Shown here: positions 23,140 to 32,000 of the stretch, one piece after another
Layout: each line of letters opens with the position of its first letter
How positions within the stretch are numbered: the stretch's first letter is position 1
Assembly: GCA_054661495.1 (NCBI GenBank)
Contig: BAAFSQ010000019.1
Coordinates: forward strand, 43,955 to 75,954
From: Zygophlyctis sp. KS116
Lineage: Eukaryota; Fungi; Chytridiomycota
Direction: 5' to 3'
DNA: 32,000 bases
Notes under the pieces: generated by a model
Database searches by the model: none
Told to the model about the DNA's origin: nothing
The model's input: the letters and a program-made list of their open reading frames with translations, nothing else
Position numbers and translations under genes: made by a program

Positions 23140-25401
23140 TCAGATCATGCCAAGCTGTTGTAATGATTTAAGTGCACTTTGATCTGCTTCAAGATTTGCT
23201 TTTTGAGAGCGAGGTTCCAAAGAGTAAGATAGCTGATATTTTGTATCCTCGTCAGCTTCATCACTCAAACATTGATTCAGGTAAATATGAAAGGCAGGTA
23301 CCCGAATAAAAGCGTATTTATCAGCTGATTGGCTGGCTAGTACTTGATGTATAGCATCTGACAAAAGGTCCATTTTAAGATAATTGATCATGCCTGATTC
23401 TGTATAAGTAGGATAATCAGAGCTAATAGTGCGCAAATCTTCCATATGGCAGTGGAGCAGTGGGAAAAAAGGTGATTTTACAGTTTGTAATACATTTCGA
23501 TACTCGGAATATTCATTTTTTGAAGAAACCATGAGTAACAGATGTCGAAATAATTTAAAGCCTTTAGAAGGCAATGCTCTCCATGTCTTTGCCAACCGAT
23601 TCACTTGATTAGCTTGTAGCCCTCGAATTATATCATTCACAGTTTGAAAGTTATTTAGTAAGCGACATTTCTAGAAATAAGTAAAAATAAATACCTCTGC
23701 AATTAAGATGAAGTGATTCAGCAATAATGCCCTTTTATCTACACTTGCTTCTAACAGAATTGTATAAGAAACCCAAGAGCAAATCTTAAATTTAAATACA
23801 TTGTTTAATCATACCTTTTTACTAAGAGAAAGTGTTGATTTCAAACTTTCGCAGACATATCTATCAGAAGTTAACAACAAATCATGAGCACTGGTTTTCG
23901 AAAAATGATCACAATACATCAATGATAGCTGCCGTGCCAATTCAAGAGGATCTAGTTCCAAAAATCGCATTCTATTCAAGTTTTTAGGTAATATTGGATT
24001 AGGGCATTCTTTCTGAACAGGAACTAGTTTCAAGTTCCTTTTTTTTCTTTGCAAAATCAGGCATAATTGATCTCCATATTTTGGAAGAAGTTTTTCAATG
24101 TGATTTTTGGCCAAATCGATCAATGGATCGATGAGTTTTGAATCATCGTCTGTAAATTGCAGGTAATGTTCTATCCATGTACGTATAACTGTAAATATCC
24201 TATTATGGTTAGTCGAAAATAAAAATTATACATAAACAAGGCGTGAAAATGAGTCGATTCCTTCCATTTTGTTCCTTCTTCGAATGGAATATTATTCATT
24301 GGCTGCATAATATTTAAAGAATCTTTGAAAAAAAGATAAAGATCCATCGATGAGAAATATAGTTTGTAAGTTGCCAAGAAACTATTTGTAAAAGAAGAGT
24401 CTATATTGATTATATTAGCTGTAACATACCTCTTCTATGATATTCTTTTAAGTGAAGTAACAAGGATGAAATTTTCCCAGCTTTAACCTTCCCTCTCTTT
24501 GTAAATATAAGACCATCACAATTTGCCGTACTCTTTAATGATTATATGATAATACTCTTACGAAATTTAGATCTGCCTTTGAGAAGCTAGGAGTACTTTT
24601 AGCCGACACAGGAGAAGGATAATCGCAAACATCAGTAAGAATCATTTTTTTTGAAACAAGAAAATGTTTCTTTGACGCAGAATCCAGAGATTGTATTCCA
24701 TTTCTGGGTAATGATTGAAATAAATCATTACAGGCCTCTGAGAGACCTTTCAATGTTATTCCCAATTCATCAACAATCCCATCGGTTGGATTTTTGAGAC
24801 CTGTCTTGAGAAGTTTTGAAAATGACAATAGCAAAGTTGAAATCCAACCTTTCAATTCATGAAGTCGATCATTTTCTAGTCCCGACAGGATATTTTTTAA
24901 TGATGATATCAAAAATTTCCCATTACTAGATACAGATTCAAAATCTCTTATTTCCAAATCCTCTATTAATTCTCTAAATAAGTGGAGAATTTCTTCATTT
25001 GCAAATGAATCAGTTACCCCAGTGTCACTGGTCCAACTGATAGTTGGAGTTATCTTGTTTGGGGTACTTATATTTACAGAAGACATCTATAATCAGATAA
25101 TAGTAATCTTACATTTTCAGTTAGAGTTAGATCAATAGCTGATAACAATGTGCGATCAACATCCCTTTCACTAGCAATTTCTTCATTGGCTTTCAATGCA
25201 TTCCTCTTCACTTTTACAAAGTTTGATGGAAACCTGTAAATCGTAAATTCTAAATTCTTCCTACCATCCTCTTTCATTATTAAGAATACCATCCCACCAT
25301 CCAGATTGATCTTTTTTGATAACCCGGATTTCATCCCCAGTCTTGAATTGAAGTTGTGAGTCCTCTGTTGGTACATAATCGTATAATGCAATAACAATCA
25401 T
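23140..25401 (-). CDS. SH3-REM-CDC25 Ras guanine nucleotide exchange factor (Cdc25/Ste6-like), about 686 aa
   Basis: SH3 ALYDY...LQFKTGDEI...SGWWDG...RGWFPSNFV; REM FLATYKLY; CDC25 LDPLELARQL, LNNFQT, RLAKTW. Introns 25234-25264, 25087-25112, 24533-24561, 24401-24429, 24200-24231, 23785-23814, 23671-23694. Confidence 0.9.
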
Positions 25402-25432
25402 TGATTTTAAAGCTGAAGAGAAAATGCGGCAG

Positions 25433-25466
25433 TTTGAGACGCCACGAGTGGCGAGCGCAACTCAAA
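25433..25466. repeat. GC-rich imperfect inverted repeat upstream of the RasGEF start
   Basis: CGCCAC-GA-GTGGCG (25440-25453) flanked by TTTGAG / CTCAAA. Confidence 0.6.
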
Positions 25467-25515
25467 GAAATCACCCCAAAAGTCCCCAAAAGATCTCCTA
25501 AAACCCCGTTTATTT

Positions 25516-26804
25516 TTAAAAATCATTCTCATCATCAATATCCTCTCTAGATTCTAGAAAAGAGTCATCAGATGCATTTTCTTGAGTTTCATCAGCTTTA
25601 CTAAACTCTTCTTCTTCACTAGATCCAAATGATAATATTTCACCGCTATCATCAACTGAACCATCATCATCCGAATTATTATCAGGATGTCGACGTCCTG
25701 CTCCTACATTATGATTTAATGAAAGAAATACCGTTTGGTCTAATGGGGCGTTCAATGCTAGTCTTACCCTCTGAAAAACTAACTTGGGCAGTAGGACCTC
25801 TTAATAACTGAATCTCTTCTTGACGTATTCTATCTTGCATAGCTTTTAGAGTTGAATCTGTTTCCTAAAATTCTTATAATCCTAAAATATACCATTGCTT
25901 TATCCATTTCAACTTGGACATGTTCATCTAATTGCTGTTCTAAAAACGCTAAATTTCTAAATCTTTCCATATAAATTGAATATAATCTGATTAAATCGAT
26001 CTCTTGTTTTTCATATTCATCCATATAAGCAGGACGAACACTTTGTAAACTCTTTAATCTAGTTTCTGCTCTTGCAACCTCTTCTCTCTTTTTGTTGATT
26101 TTATTTTCTAGATTTGACTGATCAGAAGAGAGATTTTCAATCGTTGAAATCATGTGTTGTTTTTGCTTTTCTAGATTTTGTATAGACTCTAATATATCAT
26201 TTTCCATAGACTTTAAATCCAATGGTTTAGAAATAACTTGATTTCTTGAATTCTAAAAGATCAATATTTTAGATTTACAGATAACCTCTCTTCTTTTTCC
26301 AGATACTGGAATAATTCAGCCCCTTTATCAGTCAGACTAGAAGCAAGACTTCTAATAGACTTTAATATTGATAACTGATCATTAAAATCTCCAAATGACA
26401 ATTGATCGGTCATAGATTTGATCGGATTTGCTGCTTTATAAAGTAAATTAGCAACTTTAAGTAATTCTCTTACTGCATATCCATCTGCCATGTACAATTT
26501 TTTAGGATTTAGATTTACATGAGCCTTACAACTAAAAAATGTAACGACAGATTTTAAGAAAATAACTCTATCCTGCTCTGAGCTTATATCATAGAGTATG
26601 TCTAGATTAGAATCGTATCTACCATATTATTTAAATAATGTACCTTTTGCATAACCAGTATAAGATATCAGAGACTAACGGGAAATTCGGCATTCTAAAA
26701 CTATCTAGTCCGATGACTTTTGGATATCCCAACACTCTCATTTTCTCATTGAATGCTATCAAATTATGATTCGGACACTTACATTTGATTTCTCTGAAAG
26801 ACAT
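25516..26804 (-). CDS. CLUAP1: Clusterin-associated protein 1 / IFT38, about 384 aa
   Basis: MSFREIKSFNEKMRVLGYP...FRMPNFPLV, KKLYMADGYAVRELLK, LQSVRPAYMDEYEK, acidic tail ending ENDF. Introns 26756-26782, 26619-26643, 26253-26278, 25865-25892, 25704-25731. Confidence 0.94.
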
Positions 26805-26854
26805 GAAAATTATCGCGTTTTCGGATCGTTTTTGCGCGTTTTTCAACGGTTGCC

Positions 26855-28530
26855 ATGAATGAAAACTCTAGAGTTGTAGACTGCTTGTCTAAAATTAATG
26901 CATTGCTTTCTAAAATCAGAGTCCCGATAAACTTACTTTCACTTAAAGAATGTGTACCTAGTCTTTGGATTGCCTTATTTGAAGGACTACTAGAAACCAG
27001 AATTCCGGACATTGATCGGTCTTTTGAGCTTTCAAATGACTCAAGGACTAGTAATTTAATAGCCGTTCAAAATCAAATTCACAAATTATTTAAAATTGAT
27101 ATCTCTCATATCAAACCAGAGGATCTAATACTCTATGATGAATCTGCAATTTGTAATATGATTGATATATTTACAGATATCGCAGAATCTATTGATGATT
27201 GGAAAGATATTTCATCCGAGCAAAAGGATTTAAATTCAAAAGGAAACGGAGAGGGTCAAAGAAAGCGTAAAAGGTCGATTTATACTGGTAACAATCTATT
27301 AAGTGTTGTAAAGGATGATGTAACAAACTTTGTAAAAGATTCTAATAGAGAGTCTTTAAATAATATTACAATCAAGGTAATAAATGAAATTAAGGAAAAT
27401 AGACACCAATTAAAGAGAATGCAGCAGAATTATTAAAAGCGCAAAATACTGATACGCCTCATATGAAGGCATTAAAACTGAAGAGAATGAATTTACTCAA
27501 AAATATTACTCAAGCTACAGATAAAGCCTCTAAATCTTCAGGAATGCAAAAGACAAAAGAATCAAATTTAGATAAAAGGATTGCAAAAGAGATTAAACAA
27601 ATTTATTCAAGGCCAGATCCAGATCCTCTTTCAGAAATTGAAAAATTGGAAATAATTAAGAAAGGGGAATTTATGTCAAGAACTGAAAAAAATTTAGAAA
27701 ACTTTCAAGCAAGAGTTTGTAAATCTATACCAACTCTGGAACCATATCCTTCTAAGCAAGCACAAGATAACATACATGAACAACAAACAAAGACTTGGAA
27801 AAAGGCTCTTGATGATAGGTTACGAGATAGAAAACTCAACGCTCATACAGATTTAGAAAGAATAACTGCAGACGGCCTTATAGTTGAGCAAGCCAAAAGG
27901 GACATTGAAAAAACAAGAAATATCGTAAAACTTGTATTTTTGATTTCATAGGAAGAGAAGAGGAAAGAATCTGCTGCTTTAAGAAATATTAAAGCGGGTT
28001 TGAGTGAAAGAATACGAGGTGCAGTTAGGATGGAACATCGGCGCCAGGTTGTTCATGAAGAGGTGGAAAATATGAAATTAAAAAGAAGATTTAGGGAAGA
28101 ACAGGTAAAGTCTAGAGTTATAATGTTAGGCTGTCAAAGGATTACTAAATCATTATGTCAAAGAAGAAAGGAAAATGATTATCGAAGAGCGCAGGTTTGA
28201 AAAAGACAGGAAAAAGGCTCAAGAACAAAAGATAAGACAAAAGCATGAGTCTAAGCTCAACTATTATCGCGATCAGATCCAACTCCTGAAAGAGCAGTAC
28301 GAAGAAACGAAAAAAGAAGAAGAAATCATGGAAAAGGCAATGAAAGAAGTACTGTTTCTGAAATTTCTAACAATAAGGAACAGAGGAAAATAGTCAGGGA
28401 AAAAAAGGAAACTGCAAAGAAAAAGGTTAGAATGGTTAAAGAGAAGTTGGAAGTTGATTCAGCTAATTTAGGATTTCAGGAAGAGACTGCTCAAAGACTT
28501 AAATCGGGTCTTAAATTTGCATTTCGTTGA
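26855..28530 (+). CDS. CEP95-like centrosomal protein (N-terminal CH-like/DUF5745-type domain + coiled coil), about 522 aa
   Basis: N-terminal PSLWIALFEGLL...IDISHI...AICNMIDIF; C-terminal coiled coil with NYYRDQIQLLKE. Introns 27377-27402, 27925-27951, 28105-28129, 28349-28377. Confidence 0.7.
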
Positions 28531-28550
28531 TTCAATAGTTTTTAGATTAC

Positions 28551-29341
28551 TTATGCCACAGATAGATCATCACTAGTAGATTATTAAACTGAAAATAATA
28601 CCTAAAATATAAATGAATTGCAGGAAGATAATCATCTTGATTCATTGCTACCTTTTCAAACAACTCTGATTCATCTCTGATTGAGTTTTGCTCTAAATTT
28701 TGGCCCATATCGATCAAAGTCCCTAGTCTTTTCCACATGTATCCTTTAGCATGCGAGTTGAAAGAAGCTAGGTATCGATTCTGAATTGCCGATACGCATT
28801 CTTCTGAGCATACCTTGATTTAAACACAAAAGCAATACCTCTAAAACATGCTCATCTTTAGTGAGCGTATTGATAATCTTAATCTTTCTGATTTTTTTAC
28901 TAAGTTTTCCAATGCATTTGCTACTATCGAGCCACCATGGAATTTCAGGTGCTGCCCAATCAGCACGAGGTAGGGGAGGTGGGACATGGACAAATCGTCC
29001 AAAAGGAGTATAAGGAATTTCAACTCCGGTCAAGGGATTGATTTGAGTCTTGATCTATAAAATAAATAATTTAAAAGTACACTAGCCGTTTTCGGATCAA
29101 ACCAATTAGAAATATCCTGACCTGCATGCTTCAAAATAGGGACCATGAGTATGTCCCCTTAAAATTTATAATATGTATTCTTACCTTTGTATTCCTGTGA
29201 TAAACTAGTCAAGTCATAAACATGGCCTAGCCAACTCAACCATAAATCTGACTCTGAATTATGCAATTCGATTTCTGCAGGAGTGAAATATCTATCAGGA
29301 GCTTTAAAGTTCACTGGTGCCTCAGCATCTGTTATAGGCAT
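28551..29341 (-). CDS. CYB5D1: Cytochrome b5 domain-containing protein 1 (axonemal), about 227 aa
   Basis: [69 protein letters not shown]. Introns 29158-29184, 29055-29080, 28814-28838, 28573-28601. Confidence 0.92.
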
Positions 29342-29397
29342 AATTGCGATCGCAGATATTTTGGGTCGACGTCATCATAAATTGTTAACATCATCTA

Positions 29398-30764
29398 TTA
29401 GTAAACGTGTAGAACTCTATAATTTTCTTTACCAGTTCTAAGCAAACAAATGGATCCATGTGACAAATCATTCATTGAAGTATGATATTCTCCTCTGATT
29501 TTGTTTTTGTTTAAATATAGACCACCAGACTCTCGTAATTTCTTGGCTGCACCTAGGATAAGTGATAGAAAACTTACTTTTAGATTTTGTAATCTTGACG
29601 AATGAAGCTAAATCAGTAAGCTCTTTTCCCAAAAATTCATTTTTACATATTCGAACAAATATAGGATCATCTTTGAATGCATCTAAAATCTCCTTTTCGG
29701 AAATCGTGTTTATGTCATCATCAAATAGAAATGATGATTTGATCATGGCTTTTTTGCATGCATCTTGACCATGTACCAACTCAGTAACCTGTGCCGCTAA
29801 AGATCTCTGCAAGATATGTTGTTGCGGAAAGATCTAATAATCAAAATATAAACCTTACAAGATGCTGTTCGGATAACTTCAAAATTTCCTCCATTGTTAA
29901 TAAAGTAAAATATTTTAAATATTTTTCTACAACAGAATCACTAGTCCGTCGAAAAAACTTTACTAAGTCCAAAAAAATTACCTGGAAAAAATCAAACACC
30001 GATGTCATTTCAGAATCCAGCCAAATTGCATTACCCTCACTCTTTCCAAACTTTATGCCATCAGATGTAGTAACAAGTGGTAAAGTCAATCCTCCAACTT
30101 GTACAGAACTCGATTGATTTTTTTTCGATATTAAATCGCATCCAGCAAGAATATTTCCCCACTGATCTGTTCCGCCAATTTGTAGATTGCATCCATAGTT
30201 TTTATGTAAATGATAAAAATCAAAGGCCTGTAGAGTCTGATAAGAAAATTCAGTGAAACTCATTCCTGCAGCTGTTGATAGACGTGACTTAACTGATTCT
30301 TTTGATAACATTGAACCTAACCTAAAATTTCTGCCAATATCTGCCAGAAAATCTAGAATAGATATATTTTTGAACCAGTCTCTATTATCTAATATATTAA
30401 TTGAAGATGCAGTTAGTGATCTTTTGAGTGCGTACTTGTTAGCATTTTCATTTAATTTTTCCAGCTGATCCCTTATCGAATTCGAATTACTAGAAATTGT
30501 TGATGCATCAATAAATTTTCTTTCTGTAGACTTTCCAGATGGATCACCGATGCCCCCTGTGGCCCCGCCGATAAGAGAGAATGTCTTACTTCCCGACCAT
30601 GAAAAGTGCCACAACCCCATCAGAGTCATTAGATTACCCACATGTAATGATGAAGCAGTTGGGTCAAATCCGGCATAAACGATCCAGTTTTTTATAGGAG
30701 AATTCTTGAATGAATTATCTACAACCATTCCCCGCATCGTTAGTTCACTTATTGGACATCTCAT
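29398..30764 (-). CDS. MSY1: Tyrosyl-tRNA synthetase, bacterial/mitochondrial type, about 430 aa
   Basis: YAGFDPTASSLHVGN (HIGH), IGDPSGK, QIGGTDQWGN, KFGKS, C-terminal S4-like domain. Introns 29958-29981, 29834-29858, 29553-29577. Confidence 0.93.
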
Positions 30765-30830
30765 ATTTCTTTAGGGGCCTAGGTTCTGATTAACTCAATT
30801 CCTTGGTAAAAATCTAGCTTATCTTGCAAT

Positions 30831-32000
30831 TTATCCCTTTTTTAATCGCTGAAAGTATGGTTCTCTATATAAATCTAGCAACTGTGCATTCGAGACTATG
30901 ACAGCATTCTCAGGTAGATCTGTATGTTTAAATTTACCATTTCTGCGGCAAAACATCACAAAAACAAAATCTGTGTTTTGAGAGACAACAGAAGATCTCG
31001 CTTTTTGGTATTCTGAATTGATCAGTTTGGCACCAAAAGAATTCGTTCCACTTGACTCTTTGATTTGTCGCACCATCAGCAAAATACGTTCAGAGCTTGC
31101 TGTTTCTTCTAGCCAAGTACCAGCGTCAAATTTTGCATCTAAGGCATCCAATAAATATGGTTCAGCATTGATCTCTGGCCGATAATAGTATTTAAACGCT
31201 GTAATTTTGGGCTTTTCAAATGAAGGAATTTTGACAATTATGTCTTGAGAGAAATTGACTATGGCACCTTGGAAAAGGTCACGTAGAGAGACTTGTTTAT
31301 ACCCGAGAAATTCATACAGAGAAATACGAAACGCAATATAGTTCCGATTGAATACTTCCCATTCCTGCCAGCCAATATCTTTGCCGATAAGTATATTATT
31401 CCAGAAATAGCAATAATAATCTTCGTCTTCATATTCCTGTAAATAACACCACAAAAACATAAAGGGAATTTTAACCAAAAATTTAGTTTCCTTTGGCTCC
31501 AATTGGATGAGCCCAGCTTCTTCTAGATCCAAGAATGTTGCATTTTCTCCAACTTTTGCAGTTTCATCAACTAGAATATTAAGAAATGAGTATGCTAAGG
31601 CATGACCAAGTGCAGTATGATCTATACGATAAGATATGCGAATTCGTTGTCGAACATCAATTCCAGCATCAATCCAACATCCATTCGACGATTTGTTGAA
31701 TTTTTCGGAAATCAAAAAATCATAAAGATATTCCAGCGAGCGACAGTGTCCTCCAATATCAGAAACCACTTGTATAAATCGCTCATCTTCAGTATCTAAT
31801 TCGGGCATCTTCTTTTTCAGGATTTTTTTACATGCTTCCAAAGATAGTAGCGGGAGAGGAATTCGGCAGGGAGGATAACTAGACTTCAAAACAAAGTCTT
31901 TAATTGGACCAACCACGGTTCCGGCAACAACTGGTACAACAAATATCGAGCATGAACTTGATAGCTTACCAACGACATTGAATAGTTCTTTAAATGCAGC
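30831..32000 (-). CDS. Crinkler (CRN)-like protein: C-terminal part of an NTPase domain + REase-fold domain; starts beyond the right edge; no intron needed in the visible part
   Basis: PVVAGT...IPLPLL...SDIGGHCRSLE, WQEWEVF and DAKFD...RQIK (PD-(D/E)xK-like) resemble fungal CR-NTPase/CR-REase effectors. Recognition only, no search run. Confidence 0.7.
   Translation of the reverse strand, partial: AAFKELFNVVGKLSSSCSIFVVPVVAGTVVGPIKDFVLKSSYPPCRIPLPLLSLEACKKILKKKMPELDTEDERFIQVVSDIGGHCRSLEYLYDFLISEKFNKSSNGCWIDAGIDVRQRIRISYRIDHTALGHALAYSFLNILVDETAKVGENATFLDLEEAGLIQLEPKETKFLVKIPFMFLWCYLQEYEDEDYYCYFWNNILIGKDIGWQEWEVFNRNYIAFRISLYEFLGYKQVSLRDLFQGAIVNFSQDIIVKIPSFEKPKITAFKYYYRPEINAEPYLLDALDAKFDAGTWLEETASSERILLMVRQIKESSGTNSFGAKLINSEYQKARSSVVSQNTDFVFVMFCRRNGKFKHTDLPENAVIVSNAQLLDLYREPYFQRLKKG

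Noticed and set aside
25471-25510. Telomeric repeat or chromosome end (C4A4-like)
   Set aside because: Only 2-3 imperfect units, internal to a gene-dense region.
1-32000. CRISPR arrays, rRNA, tRNA or prokaryotic operon/defence systems
   Set aside because: No repeat-spacer array, cloverleaf or rRNA-like segment seen. The sequence is eukaryotic and almost entirely protein-coding.

Overview
AT-rich, extremely compact eukaryotic DNA, most consistent with a flagellated early-diverging fungus (chytrid-like). This is inferred from fungal-type Nha1, SH3-Cdc25 and Mnl1/EDEM genes sitting beside axonemal dynein, IFT38 and CRN-like genes. The fragmented ORF track is explained by ultra-short spliceosomal introns. 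I reconstructed 53 GT-AG introns by hand, all 24-33 nt (median 27), which join the ORF pieces into 13 genes: Nha1 antiporter (runs off the left edge), a frameshifted P-loop NTPase, a SAXO5/TEX45-like repeat protein, a GH47+PA mannosidase, APRT, an unknown protein, a 4515-aa outer-arm dynein heavy chain, an SH3-RasGEF, CLUAP1/IFT38, a CEP95-like protein, CYB5D1, mitochondrial TyrRS and a CRN-like NTPase/REase effector (runs off the right edge). Spacers between core genes are only 0-200 bp. Main points of interest: (1) a miniature-intron system that appears to measure length, with TAG/AAG acceptors and almost no CAG; (2) an NTPase pseudogene inserted between two identical 324-bp direct repeats that duplicate the overlapping promoter/terminator zone of the two flanking genes, with decayed relics of a longer duplication; (3) clustered SCB (CRCGAAA) and E2F-type motifs; (4) a neighbourhood rich in flagellar genes. 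All exon models come from sequence and frame logic only, with no RNA data or database searches.
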